A DNA stretch of 63,998 nt, the filler included, from Porpidia crustulata (Eukaryota), in NCBI GenBank assembly GCA_964255105.1. It is 20 parts of 20 records of this genome, joined end to end, with 100 filler letters (N's around TTAATTAATTAA, not from the genome) between each part and the next. Parts side by side here need not be neighbours in the genome. Positions count along the whole stretch, not along the records: positions 9,800 to 12,955 come from CAXUWE010002343.1; positions 13,056 to 16,207 come from CAXUWE010002344.1; positions 16,308 to 19,455 come from CAXUWE010002345.1; positions 19,556 to 22,688 come from CAXUWE010002346.1; positions 22,789 to 25,919 come from CAXUWE010002347.1; 15 more parts are not named here. The stretch is one strand, 5' to 3'. Shown here piece by piece: positions 11,826 through 24,784 of this stretch. Position numbers and translations under genes: made by a program. The notes below the pieces were generated by a model. The model was not told the DNA's origin. It ran no database searches and worked only from the letters and a program-made list of their open reading frames with translations. Position 1 is the stretch's first letter, and every line of letters begins with the position of its first letter.

Positions 11826-12955
11826 ATGGCCGACGAGCCGTCGTACATTGACTACGAGGCTTTTCTCGACCCAGACTTCTCCCCCGCATCGTTCGCCAAC
11901 TCACTGGTCGTAGCGACCAACAACCCGTCTGACACGCCAATAGATCTGTCAACGCCCTTGTCTAGAGTACTGTTTGACATACAGGAGATTGATACCCACA
12001 TCCATACCTTGACCACAAAATCTGCATTACCGCTGTTGACGCATACCAAAGACCAAGCAGATGCGGGTGAACACATCATCAACGAGATCGAAGCTCAAAT
12101 AGCTGCCCTCACGGACGGCTACCAAAGACTAGAGAAGGAAGTCGTCCAGCGCTACGAAGCTGCCAACGAAGTCCGCCTCGCTGCAGAGCGAACATGTCAG
12201 ACCGTGAAAGTTGGACGCGCAGTCGCACGATGCCTCCTTCTTGGCCGCCAATTGGAGAGTCAGATGGCGGAGGTGGGACATGGAGATACCACAAGAAAGG
12301 GGGATCACAAGGCTATGATACGGGCGTCTTATACCCTCCGCAGCATCCGCCAGCTTCTCGCTGCCTCTGGCCCTGATGAAGAGGGCGAGTATCTTTCTCA
12401 GATAGACCTCATTACCAACCTTCAAAGCACGCTGCTCAACCATGCGGATATCGCCCTCCGCGCTCGCTCCCAGCAAATCATTCGCGAGTTTTCGCTGTCC
12501 TCCCTTGCTCACTCATCCGGTGGCTCTACCACGTACGCTCAATCCGAGGAAACTAAATCGCGGACCACCTCGGCGCTTCTCACACTCCAGGTGCTCTCAC
12601 CGCAGCTACTGCTGTCAGCTCTACAGTCATACCTTCGTACCTCCCTGACCTCATCTCTTGCCTCCATTGCCCGCTCCTTGACTGCACTTCCTACCCTTGA
12701 CCGTACCCTTCTCGAGGTTTCAGCCCGCTGCCAGAACATTGTCGCTCTCGAACTCCTGCTTGAAACTATCAAGGACCCATTGCTCATCACGACCAGTCCC
12801 CCTCCACCGGATTCACAAAGCGCAATGCAGCCAGTCAATCTCCTACAGCCGCTCCTAGCATCCCTTGATACCTCCTCGCTCCCATCCTATTTCTGGCGTA
12901 GCTTAGCCGAAGGGCTGGCCGGGCGGGTATCGGATTATGTGACGCGGGGAGGGGC
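11826..12955 (+). CDS. COG5: Conserved oligomeric Golgi complex subunit 5, 3'-truncated
   Basis: MADEPSYIDYEAFLDPDFSPASFANSLV...LSTPLSRVLFDIQEID, typical fungal Cog5 N-terminus. Confidence 0.88.
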
Positions 12956-13055
12956 NNNNNNNNNNNNNNNNNNNNNNNNNNNNNNNNNNNNNNNNNNNNT
13001 TAATTAATTAANNNNNNNNNNNNNNNNNNNNNNNNNNNNNNNNNNNNNNNNNNNN

Positions 13056-13382
13056 CTTCTGGCTCGCCGTACTTGCACATCTCGCACCAGAAGTCCTCGT
13101 AGAAGGCGTCGAAGTGGTTTTGCAGCTGGCTGGGGTTCATTTTGTTCTTGGGGTCGTAGGCAGGGTTCTGGTAAAGATTCGGGAGGAGAATAGTTTGCGA
13201 GTATGAGGGCTTGACGTGTTTTCGTGAGCAGCGGTCGCCGTGACGGCAGGCGCCGATCTTGTAGTAAAATGAGCAGTTGACCTTTTAATGTTTTGTTAGC
13301 TTATTGTCTTGAAGGCGGTGGGGCGGAATTTGCTGACCTTGTCTTGTTCAGTGCCGAAGATGGAGGCGAGATAATTAGCCAT
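13056..13382 (-). CDS. U2AF1: U2 snRNP auxiliary factor small subunit (U2AF35/U2AF23), 5' part
   Basis: MANYLASIFGTEQDK/VNCSFYYKIGACRHGDRCSRKHVKP CCCH finger; intron 13282-13337; absent from the ORF track. Confidence 0.95.
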
Positions 13383-13771
13383 GGCGGAGAAGAGTTGTAG
13401 GTATGGAAGATCTGAGAACTGCTTGAGAGGCACTTAGTGATGCGAAAATTATCTAGAGATTAACAGTGTTGCGGCTCAGCTCTAGAGCAAAACACTAGCG
13501 CGGATTGCGGCTGACAAACCCCTGCCAAGCACACCAAGATTCCCCTCTGCGAATTCCAGATACTTCACCCGTTTCGACCATCTGCCATAATTCTGATCCT
13601 GATTTCTCGTTGCTTTACTGAGCACCCTATGTTCTGTTTCAACCCCTAAATGCTAAGAGGTCTCATCGTCTGTAGGGTTCACGCGGATGTTCAATCTACT
13701 AGTCAACCGGTCAAGCGTCCAAATTGCCACAACGGCAAGCGGTCACGTAGTCAAGCATCTCATTTGTCAAG

Positions 13772-14191
13772 TCACGAAGACAACGCTGCGTTGGCTAAAT
13801 ATCTCATTGATAAGAGCTTCGTTCCACTCGTCACCACGTACAGCAACAAAACAAACGAACGAGAAGAGCCAGGAGGCCCATTTGGTGTTCTGGAAAAGTC
13901 AGACCAAAGCCACTTCATGGGACAATTCCGACTTACCCTCTTCTTCTCCCCCCCATACCTCCAGCTGTTTTTTGACCAGTGGAACGGCCCTAATGAGCTC
14001 CCAATGGCTCTTTGTCTGCCGATCACAATCAGCATATTGATTGATGGCAGAAGGATGGAGGAATTCCATACCTCCATGTGGAGATAGGTCCCCGCCGTCC
14101 CTGGGAATCGGGACGTGCCGTCCCCCGTGCTCTTCTCTTCCAGGCGGAGGCGCATGTCGTGGAGGCTGTACTTTGCAAATGGCTTCACCAT
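13772..14191 (-). CDS. Possible small spliced hypothetical protein
   Basis: ATG ORF with internal GTATGG/GTAAGT donors and CTGAY...CAG acceptors; no recognised domain. Confidence 0.2.
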   Translation of the reverse strand: MVKPFAKYSLHDMRLRLEEKSTGDGTSRFPGTAGTYLHMEVWNSSILLPSINMLIVIGRQRAIGSSLGPFHWSKNSWRYGGEKKRVSRNCPMKWLWSDFSRTPNGPPGSSRSFVLLLYVVTSGTKLLSMRYLANAALSS

Positions 14192-14412
14192 CGCTGGGAT
14201 GATTGCCGATTGAAGGCGATCTGCTTATATATCAGTTGACGTGCAACAGGAAGTAGGAGGAGAGGAAGGAGCAGCTGTTTGGCTATTGGCTTACTAGAGA
14301 AATGGGTGAGTGGAACTCTCACCCACAGCACGTATGGGTCCATTTGTAAGGTGACCATTGCTGCACGAACTTGCCTACGTGTATCAGGTCTATGTTCTAA
14401 TTATCATATCAG

Positions 14413-15543
14413 TCAATCCGCCAAATCCATCTTCAGCGAAACCTTCGCACCCACTACTCCGCCCGGCCACTGCTCGGACCACGTGATCATCAGCTGCCCC
14501 TCTCTCTCGTCAAAGACCCAGGGATGTGGGTAAACGCAGTACATGATTGTTTCTACGCAGTCGATACCAGTCGCGTTAAAGATCGCTTTCTCATGATATG
14601 GCCCTTCCAACGTCGCAGCGGCTCCCATCATCACCAAGCTTTTGCATTCGAAGGTGCACCCAATAAAAACCCAAGGACGCTCCTCTCCAAATAGACTAGA
14701 CCTGAAAATTGACCCTGACTGCATGTTCTTTAGGACGACCTTGGCTGCTCTCCAATCCTCGACATACTCCTCACCGTCCCAGTAAGTGTAATCTTTCTTG
14801 TTCTGGAACAAGTTCTTGCGAACTCGACTGAGGATGACGCCATCCCCACAACCTTTACCATGGTCGCCCCACAAATAGATGTAATCGCCTTCGATGATAG
14901 ATGAAAAGGTTCCGACACGAGGCTCTTCCTCACCGAACATCATAGGTTCATGTGCTCCAATGCGAAACGATGTAAGCGAGCCATCAGGTTTAACGCCTAT
15001 GCGTGCTAGACCAGTTCCTTTGTATTTGTTCTCGCCTTCCCCTCCGTCTTCGTTGATCACTCCTTTCTGAAACCAGACCCATCCGTTGTTCAAAATTTCC
15101 ACCATCCCCCCAAAGGCCCATAATGTTACTCTCGGCTTTGAGCTATCCTCCCATGTGACACTTTCAAGCGCGTGCTCATTCTTAGTCAATGGTATGAATG
15201 CGTCCACCATCTCATTTTCCAGGACATTGAGGTATGTGCTTTCCAAAGGACAGTCACAGTTCGGAACAACTGCGGCCGTGGTGCTTTGGACTCCAATGAA
15301 CTCCCCGCTGCGATTCTTGATAAAGCTGTCCCCGAACATGTAATACCACTGGCCTTTCAGCATCGAGGAGCGGCCAATGTCGCGGGAATAGCCAATGTTT
15401 GATGCGTCTTTGACATAGCCCATCAGCTCCGTACTTTTGACGACGGGAGGAAAGGAGGCAAGTGCCGCATTTTGACCTGCGTACGGACGGAGGTGTTCTG
15501 GATGCTCAGATGCCTTGAATGGTCGAAGCTCGGCTTTGTCCAT
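14413..15543 (-). CDS. Intronless beta-propeller-like protein, DUF4185/DUF5005-like
   Basis: 376-aa ORF; SRDIG...YYMFGDSF, YIYLWG, YTYWDG..W and YPHPW motifs. Confidence 0.6.
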   Translation of the reverse strand: MDKAELRPFKASEHPEHLRPYAGQNAALASFPPVVKSTELMGYVKDASNIGYSRDIGRSSMLKGQWYYMFGDSFIKNRSGEFIGVQSTTAAVVPNCDCPLESTYLNVLENEMVDAFIPLTKNEHALESVTWEDSSKPRVTLWAFGGMVEILNNGWVWFQKGVINEDGGEGENKYKGTGLARIGVKPDGSLTSFRIGAHEPMMFGEEEPRVGTFSSIIEGDYIYLWGDHGKGCGDGVILSRVRKNLFQNKKDYTYWDGEEYVEDWRAAKVVLKNMQSGSIFRSSLFGEERPWVFIGCTFECKSLVMMGAAATLEGPYHEKAIFNATGIDCVETIMYCVYPHPWVFDEREGQLMITWSEQWPGGVVGAKVSLKMDLAD

Positions 15544-16913
15544 CTTTCCTAGGAAGTGCTGTAAAGCGGTAAGATGGGTGGTTTAAAGTGCTGATGTGGT
15601 ATGGGTGTATAGATCTTGGACTTTGGGTAAGCTCAGATTGTCAGATGTGGTGAATGTTGATGATCGTTCCGAGATTGTGTTGGGAGGGGTTCAACAACAC
15701 CGGATGGGGTGCGGCCGGTGCTTTTGGCGATATTCACAATCACTACTTGTCTTTGAGCCTGCCGTTGGGAAAAATTAACGATACCCGGCTCTCGATCGCA
15801 CGGAGGAAGAAATATGTCTGAGTTCAAGATCACATCTTCAACTCTACAAAGCAGTCCCAACTAATACCATCACATCGTCCATTTCTTTCCATCGCTCTCA
15901 CTTTTTTTGCCATATGCTCCGCCAAAAATTGTGCAGAAGTTATTCTTATGTGCCATCAACCATCAACAGCCACCCATCCCCCCGCGAGATTCCATAAAAT
16001 ACATCTATCAACACACGAACGGCCATACCCTTGGCAACTGTAGAATATGCCCGCCACTACCCTCCTCCCCAAACCTCACGAAAGCGGAGGTAGGGGAGGG
16101 TTTGAAGGGAAGAAAGAAAGGAGAGATTAGATGGATGTTTTCTAAAAGATCCCGTGAAAAAAACCAAATCATTACAACCACTAAAAACCCCCTCATCACG
16201 CCTCCCCNNNNNNNNNNNNNNNNNNNNNNNNNNNNNNNNNNNNNNNNNNNNTTAATTAATTAANNNNNNNNNNNNNNNNNNNNNNNNNNNNNNNNNNNNN
16301 NNNNNNNATTGGGGGAGGGGGGGATTGAGAGCAAGCTGAAGGAGGAACTCAAGGCTGGACTTGACGGAAGGATTCATCTTTCAGAAAAACAAGATTTAAA
16401 AAAAGATGCGACAAGGTCAGTAGATAACCCGAAAGGCTTGACGGGGGGTTTATGATATGATATGAGAGTAAGAGACTTTGATGTATGGATATGATGGGGA
16501 AAAAACGGAAGACGGAGAGAGATCCCAAACGCAACCCTCCCCCGGGCGACGAGCAAGAAAACTTCATCTCCGATTCCACGTGGACGCTGTACATATAGAT
16601 ACATTAATCACGTAGCCGCACAGTCGAGCTCACTCACCAGTCCTAATGGATCAAGGCTGTATTGGCGGCAACGCATTCTTGAATTATTTGTCATGTTGAT
16701 TTTTCGTATTTAATGATGCGCGGTTTCGTTTCGTGTTCTCAACTTTTTTTCATATCTCGCCAGACTCTGCTATCCAATGTCTTCGATATCCATCTTTGCA
16801 AATTTCGTGACTGTTTTGAAAAAAAAAATATCTCTTCAAGAGGAAAGATGTATGCATATAAAACTACATGTCATGTTTCGTAACATCACGACCTGCACTG
16901 GAGCGAAGACCCG

Positions 16914-18752
16914 ATGATGCTTCGTTCCCAATACATCAGCAAGGTCTCCTTGATATCCTCCGTCTCCAGGACTAGACGTCTTTCACGCTCTTGCTTGACA
17001 TTGTACGCGCCAATGACACAGAGTGTGGATGTCCGTGATCCTCAAACTACAATCAAATTGTCGTCGGATGATAGTACAAACCCATCATCTCGTTAAAACA
17101 CCCTTGGCGCTAATACATGTCCAGGTCAAAACCCTTATAAGTATACGAGTGGGCGATGGCTTCGTTGTGACAGCCTGGAGCGCGATGCACGCATCCTCAA
17201 GTTCAACTTCGACGCGCTCCGCAAGAGAGTAGTCGAGCTTTGTGCTGACGCTACGTCCATTGCAAAATACGAGAAAAAGGAAGGCGGATACAATAAAATT
17301 TTCATCTTCACCTGCGATAATGCAAAGCGTGTTGTCGCGAGGCTAACCACTTCGGTGGCAGGACCAACTAGGCTGACTACCAACTCGGAAGTGGCCACCG
17401 TTACATATGGTGAGTTTGAAACCTTCTCCTGGACGAACCTTAGCAACTGAATTCTTGCGTGCTGTCCAGTCCAGTCTAACACGACTGTGCCAACGCCGAA
17501 GATTCTTGACTGGAGCGACGACCCTTCAAATGCCATCGGCAGTGAGCACATCATCATGGAACATGCCGTTGGCATTCAATTGCACCAGAAATGGCCAATG
17601 ATGTCCGGAGAGCAGCAGATTGCTTGTATCCAGGCCATCTGTATGAGTATTCAGCAAATAGCGGCAATCGACTTTCCAGCGTACGGGAGCCTGTACTTTG
17701 CCAATGCTCCTCTTCATTCCACCTCGACACTTCCATTGACACAAGGCTTTTGTATTGGACCCCACTGTGGAACCAGGTATTGGGACTGCAATGTCGGCGA
17801 AGCGAGATACTACAATTCGACGAAGCCCAACAGAGGGCCCTGTGAGTTCTTTCTCTCAAAGACTACGCAGCACGATAGCTGACTGACCTGCGCAGGGCCT
17901 CATCTTGCTGCATACTGCGAAGGCCTCATTGACAATGGTCTTTCCCGTCTTCCGTCTGGGGAGATTGCGCTTGCTGACAAGCCGCCCTTTCATGGATCGG
18001 TGGTAACGCACATCCGCCTACTAAATGCTGGTCGCGGGGTCATCAAAAAGCTGGCCAAGGATCCTCGAGTCCGTGGAGCAGCTGCGGCCACCCTCTGCCA
18101 TGCTGATCTACACAAAAGAAATATCTTTGTTTCAGAGAATGATCCCTCCATCATTACGAGTCTCATCGATTGGCAATCTTCCAGCATTGAGCCAGCTTTC
18201 GAGTACGCAGATTACGTACCAGATTTTGCCGGACCTACTACCGACGCTTCGCCAGAGGAAACGCCCGCACAAGTACAGGCTGCTCTCTGCAGACAGGCTT
18301 TTGATGCCTGCCTGCAAGGTCTAATCCCAAAGCTCTACGCCGCAAGAGCGCTCGATGATGGCCTACTCCGACCTTTCCGTTACTGTCATAGGACATGGAG
18401 GGATGGTGCTGCGGCTTCTCGGCACGAGCTGATCGAAATCTCCAACCGCTGGAACGAGCTTGGTCTCGCGGGCTCCTGCCCGTACGCATTGCCCACGTCG
18501 ATCGAATTGCTCGAGCATCAAAAGGAGTTTCGAAGCTTTGGCACCGCGAATGATCTGAAACGGAGGTTGATGGATCTTCTGGACACCACCCCAGACGGAT
18601 GGGTCCCGATGGAGTCATGGGAAGCAACGGAAGTGGCGCACCAGGAGGCATTCGACGAGCTGTTGCAGACGATTCGCAGTGCTGAAAACGGCGATGATCA
18701 GTCGATGAACGAGAAGGACTTGAGGAGGATATGGCCGTTTGATATCAGATGA
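16914..18752 (+). CDS. APH/choline-kinase-like phosphotransferase (AIM9-like), spliced
   Basis: YTSGRW, EGGYNKIF, SEVAT, IGSEHIIME, HADLHKRNIFV, LIDWQ; Arg/Ser-rich mitochondrial-type N-terminus; introns near 17073-17124, 17409-17470 and 17841-17895. Confidence 0.82.
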
Positions 18753-19555
18753 TAAAGTCTAGAGTCAAACGAGTCATACCAAGCAGCGGGAAAATCCAAG
18801 CCCGATACTCTACATTTAGCGTAGCTTCAATATAAAAGCTCAAACAAGAAGAAACTGGCGGAAGCGTCGCCCAAATGCTTCCCTCAAGCCCATCAAAGAA
18901 GACCAACGCTAGTCTACGTCCAGAAAGCAACAAATCACCGGGATTCTCTATCAGTGGACTCGGCCAACCCTCCCGACACCGCATAATTCTCACGTTCCAG
19001 AGCCTCGCCAAGCTCTACAGCTCTATCGTATAGACTTCGAGGGTGAAAGAGCCAGTCGGTCAGTCTTCGACGTCTGAAGCTTGCTTCGTCGGGATCAGAC
19101 ACCGAATCCAGCCAGGCGAATATGGACCCCGTCATAAAATCGACCCGTCAGATATCCACGCACGCGTGCGTTGTTGCCCCGGAAGGGCATCGAACGGAGT
19201 ATCTCTTGAGATCATGAGAAACCGTCGTAATTGGGGAATGACGGATTGAAAAAGCATAGGGTCGGGGCTGGTCGAGGAGGATTTATGGTGGGATATTGGG
19301 GTGGGATTGATGTGCTTTGGGTATATTGTTGATATCCCCTAATTGAAACCGCTTCCGCTTTCTTTTTAGTAGACACAAAAATCTCAAAAGGAAATATAAT
19401 CATTATCATCCTCTTCATCCCCCCCTTCATCCATCCTCACCCAAGCACCCCAAGCNNNNNNNNNNNNNNNNNNNNNNNNNNNNNNNNNNNNNNNNNNNNT
19501 TAATTAATTAANNNNNNNNNNNNNNNNNNNNNNNNNNNNNNNNNNNNNNNNNNNN

Positions 19556-20561
19556 GGTGGGAAGGTGAGGTATTTATTGAAATAGGAGGTGTAATTACAG
19601 GCGTCGGCTCGGGCGTGGATGTCGGCAGTGAAGGTTTTGTTGAGGGCAAAAACATCGGACCAGTAGTCGAGGTAGGGGACGACGGGGACTTCTTGCTGCA
19701 GAGTACCGTCGCCGATGATCGGGTCGTTGATGGAAACACCAGCAAGATTGTAGTATACTTTATCGGCGAGATTGATAAAGGTATCAGCAATATAAGGGAT
19801 GTAGTATCCGGCATAACTCTCGCCAGTCAGGTAAACCTTGCGCTTCTGGAGACCAAATGCGGAGACAAAACTTTTGTAGAAGCCTGCGAATTCTTTGCCG
19901 AGGCCAACTTCATCGACAATGTCTGGTGTACCCTGAGTGTATCCGACTCCAACGGGTTGTTCGACCCAGAGCATGTTTGTTAGGTTCACCCAGGTATAGG
20001 GATTTTGCACCGGTCTGAATGTCCCAGGCATCCAGGTAAAGGGGCCATTTTCGAAGAGTAATCCACTGAGAGAACTGCAGCCGGGGCCACCATTGAACCA
20101 GATGGTAATCTCATCCGTAGCATTGGGGTTTGTTGAGGGGAAAAACCTAGTAATGATGTCAGTCCTTGGTTTTTCCGAATTCTCAAAAGACTGTACCAGA
20201 AGAAAAGCTTTCTGGTCTCATTGGCTGCTTGTGAGATAGGTAAAAGCCCAGCATAGGATTCGCCAATGTCGAAATCGACGTCAGGTATAGCTGAGCCGTT
20301 TACAACGAATTCTGGGACCTAATTAGTGGAGTGTGGATGAATTTGGACATCTCGAACCATACGCTGAGTGGCATTATTAAGATAATAAGAGGCACGCTTT
20401 TCAATTCGTCGTTTGGCAAAAGCATGAAAATCTTGCGCATTCGACTTGGCTTCTGACCTTGCTGCTATGGCATTTTCAAGTTTCTTAAAAACCTCTGTTC
20501 CACTAGACGCGGCGGCCACACATGCGTAAAGCGCTACACTGAGAGACAAGAGACCCTTCAT
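19556..20561 (-). CDS. Secreted serine carboxypeptidase (S10; CpdS/PepF-like), 3'-truncated
   Basis: Signal peptide, [32 protein letters not shown] and catalytic TGESYAG. Confidence 0.92.
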
Positions 20562-21552
20562 TTCGAAATATGTACAGACAAGACACACTCATCATGAGCA
20601 GGGCGTTCTGCCCGCTTTAAACTAAATTCCCATGCCGCCATCAGGCTGATGATGACTTCATCAGAGGCTCGGACATTGAATTGCGGACGTATGCAGCGAT
20701 AAAGCATGACCCATTGGGATGGTGGACTGCAAGATTGGCCTCGCAGTTCCTTGTCTTGTCCAAGGGTCTGTCGGTCGTCCATGGTTATGACAGTTGGGGT
20801 CGTCACCGTGAGGCTGCATCTCGGTGCTGTGTTGGTGTTTACCTGCCTCGTATGGACTAGCGCAGCACGGGAGTTGGTGTTGACAATGGATCTCGGTTAA
20901 GTCGGCTGGGATCGGCGTGAGGACCTGAAAGATGTGCTGTAGAGTATCGGCAGTGGTGCTGAGTGGTCCTTGAGTGCTAGCCTCGGGGCTCTTCCTGCCC
21001 TGAGAAAGACCGTCTTGAATTTGTTCTTGTTTCTGGGCGCACGGGAAGAATATAGCTCGTACGGAATAGATGAGGCGGACTTTTGAGCGGAATGACCAAC
21101 GCCGGAAATAAGGGTTGCTAGAGGACGAGATACTCGAGCCGAGATAGTGTTGATGAAGAAGATAGTGTAGGTTCTGGAGAAAGACTTGTGTGAAAGCCTT
21201 TTCGACATAGTTGTCTATTTGTATCGATCAGTTTCTTTGTGTGCAGCACTTGACTATTTTCTCACCTCCAATTCTTGACCATGATTGACCGACTAGAAAT
21301 CCGACATCGTCTGTCCATCCACAGATCGGTGCTCACTCGGAACTGGATCGGTCGTATCATAAATTGTTGTGTGGCGGTGAAAGCGGAACTGGTAGAGGAC
21401 GACGGAACAATAGGATAGAACACGTATTGCGTAGGAAACCGAGAGTAGATATCAACAGATACCATTCATACCCCATCAGCTCAACTACGCACTCATTGAA
21501 TAGATGAACATCCAATTGAAAGTCTTGTATTAGAATATCAATCCCCCTAAAA

Positions 21553-22688
21553 ATGGGACTATTCTGGCACTTCGTCGCCCTCAACCCCGCGCAAACCTCC
21601 CATCGCCGTGAACTCCTCGACCGCTACGGCCAAGTCGCCCAGATCTCCGCCTTGATTCCACTGCTTGCATTCCCCGCTTATCGTGCTTTATATAATGCTG
21701 TGAAACGATTCAAGACGGATGTTGATGGCCCAGCGCAGAAAGAGCGTCAGAGCCCCCAGGTGTCGGGGTTTCCTACAAAGTTTGATAATGCTTCGGGTAA
21801 CTGGCGGGGGCGAGTGCAATGGGCACTTGATGAAGATGTTGCCGAGGGATGGGGGACGAGGCGGCAGTGGGGAATTGCTGGGTTGTGGACGCTGTGGTTG
21901 CTGCTGTTGGCGATGAATGAGACTGGGGATGGTATGCTTGGAGTCTTCGATTTGGCATTTGATTGCGCTTCCTTTTCATCGCTTCCTCGAGTCGTCAAAA
22001 GTATTTCATGTTCGAGATATACATCCTTTGTGCCCACTTGGGTATTTGAAAAGGTACACGACGTGTCATGTCTATTCTCTGTTAAAAGACCAAGAAATCT
22101 CCTTCCCAGCAAAGACCTTCACCTAACTCTTACAACGACACATATTTTCCAACCCTCAAACAAGAAGAACGGACCTTATGAGCTTACAACCTCCCAGACT
22201 ACCTCCACCTGACAAAACGCTTCGGCATCATCGGAGCCTCGCAACTCCCCATCCACTACCTCCTCGCCGCCAAATCCTGGAGCCCCATCCAATACATGAC
22301 AGGCATGTCCCACGAACAGCTAAACCCCTACCACCGCCTCCTCGGCCGCATCCTTATCGGATTCTTCCTCTTGCACGCCTCCATGTACCTCAACTTCTAC
22401 GCCCTCAACGCGCTCCTGCTCAAACGGATCCAAGACCGCGACGTCATCCTCGGCCTGTGCGCCATCACCACCTTCCTGATCATCGGCACCAGCGCGCTGG
22501 CCGCAATTCGAAACCGCTCGTACCGGCTCTTCTTCATCCTGCACGTCGGCCTTTCCATCACCATCCTCCCGATCCTCTACTTCCACGTCTCCCACCTGCG
22601 CGTCTACATCCTCGAAGCCGCCGCCATCTACGCGCTCCTCATCGTGCAGCGCAAAACCTCCGAGCGCACCCTGCCCGCGACCCTGACC
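21553..22688 (+). CDS. Ferric reductase-like transmembrane protein (AIM14-like), 3'-truncated
   Basis: DYLHLTKRFG...SQLP, HEQLNPYHRLLG, YRLFFILHV, LYFHV heme-binding His motifs; intron about 21952-22197. Confidence 0.8.
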
Positions 22689-23299
22689 NNNNNNNNNNNN
22701 NNNNNNNNNNNNNNNNNNNNNNNNNNNNNNNNTTAATTAATTAANNNNNNNNNNNNNNNNNNNNNNNNNNNNNNNNNNNNNNNNNNNNGTGCTGGAGGGT
22801 AATTAGGATTTCCAGGAAGGCCTACAACTGGCGGCTGTGTGCGCCATGGGGTATGGTAGGGAAAGTATCTGGCTGTGGATAGATGGGTTAATAGTGGATG
22901 AGGGTGGACTGTGGTGGTGCTGCTGTATGGAGTGGATAATTTGCTATGGGATGGACCGGGAGGAGAAGGGATTGGGCGTGAGGTTGAAGGGTTTTCGAGG
23001 CGCATTTTGGGGGGATTTGTTGTTTGGAAGAGGGGGATGTATAGGAATTGGATCAAGAGTTTAGTCGAATACCTGATAGTACGATGGGAACGCAAGAGCG
23101 AGGAAAATTTGTTCAACGTACTTCCGGACATGGAAGAAGCTCAAAGGTCCAAACTGGATGTTTCATCTCGGTTCATTTGTTGTCGTGCACATATAATCTC
23201 GGCGTCTATTTTTAAGAACCATCCGTGTAACCATCCATGCGGGCGTGCAAACCATCTTTGCAACTTTTCGCAAAGACGGGCGTGGGACATGTAAATTCC

Positions 23300-24236
23300 T
23301 TACCACTTCTCTCCGGCTGGTCTCATATCAATCTCCCACGTAAACGAAGTCTTCGGTTGCGTATGCAAATGCCAATATGCGTCGGCAATCTATTCATATC
23401 CAATAGTCAGCAACATGATCGAATGTCGTCCCGACTTACGAGTAAGGGCAACTGACAGCCTCAGCGCTAATCTTAGCATCAGGCCCCAGATCCCAAGCCT
23501 TCGTTCGTGGGATATCAATCACACCATCAAGGATGGCATGTGAAACATGTACACCCTTGGGCCCGAATTCCCGCGCAAGGCTCTGGCTGATCGCTCTCAG
23601 AGCGAATTTCCCGGCAGCGAAGCCAGCAAAGTTGGCTGAGCCTTTGATGGACGCGGTGGCGCCGGTGAAAATGAGGGTCGGGGGATGCTTGGGACTTTTC
23701 TCATTGGCTTTGAGGAGGAGAGGAAGCATGGCTTGCGAGAAGAAGAAGGCTCCTGCCCTGGATCGGGATTATATTTGAGCATTGCTTCTAAGTATCTGAG
23801 GCGAAACGGCAGAAGGGAGGCATGAATTCAATAACTACCACGCAGGAGGCAATGCAGCTGATCCGCAAGAATACAAGTATAAAAGAACAGGAACTCACCC
23901 AGAAGCAGCATAGCCACCCATGAATTCCTCCTCGCTCATCTCAAGGAACGGTTTCTTAACAAAGCCCCCCGCCGCGTTGAGCACCGCCGCAGCGCATCCC
24001 CCATCCCCAAACTCACTCTCGATCTTCTTCACTGCCTCTTTCAGGCTGCTAGCATTTGTAACATCGGTGCTAACGCCAATTGCTTTGCCGCCGGATGAGT
24101 TGATCTCTTCCACCAGAGGCTCGAAGTTGGCCGGAGTTCGAGAAAGGCACACGACGGGATATGTGGCAGCGAATTTGCGAGCGACCGAGGCGCCTGTACC
24201 GGGGCCTACGCCTGCAATCACGGCGTATGGAGACAT
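23300..24236 (-). CDS. Short-chain dehydrogenase/reductase, 3 exons
   Basis: AVIAGVGPGTG Rossmann motif, FTGATAS, KFALRA...SLAREFGPKGVHV; last exon IADAYWHLHTQP...EKW*. Confidence 0.9.
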
Positions 24237-24784
24237 TGTGGGATGCAGTTGCGTTGAGAGGTTGTGTAGGCGATGAGACAGGCGCATAGGGGATTCTGGA
24301 GAAATTATAGGCATCAAGCGGAGTACTTTTCACGGCTCAACGCCGGTGGTGGGGGTTTGTCAGCCATAGTGCGATGGTGTGATCATTGATGGATGACTGA
24401 GTATTCCGTGAGCAGGGCAGTTGATTGAGTACCTTAGTCAGTCAGAAAAGCTAGGAGACAAGAGTACTCGAAAGGTTCATCAACTCCTTGTCCAAGCACG
24501 GTGTAACTTGAAGCCGACGGGGGCTTCTTGTGATGCTCGTTGTTGGTGGCGCGCCCGTGGCGTTATAAGACGGTCTTATCGTGCCAAAAACCTCGCACGA
24601 CTCGGCCTCTCGGACTTGAAGAGGACGGACGAACTGTTGACTCATTACATCATCTACGCACGAATGTCCACCAGTCCAGCGTGTGTTCGCGGACCCTTTC
24701 GACTGCGTTGATTCAAACGGCTATATATGTCTGTTTTGTGGCCCAGATTGGTGAACAAATAATATCCTTCGTAATCGACTCGCA

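Noticed and set aside
18935..19250. Short minus-strand ORF downstream of the phosphotransferase
   Set aside because: Bounded by stops with no recognisable domain; cannot support a gene call.
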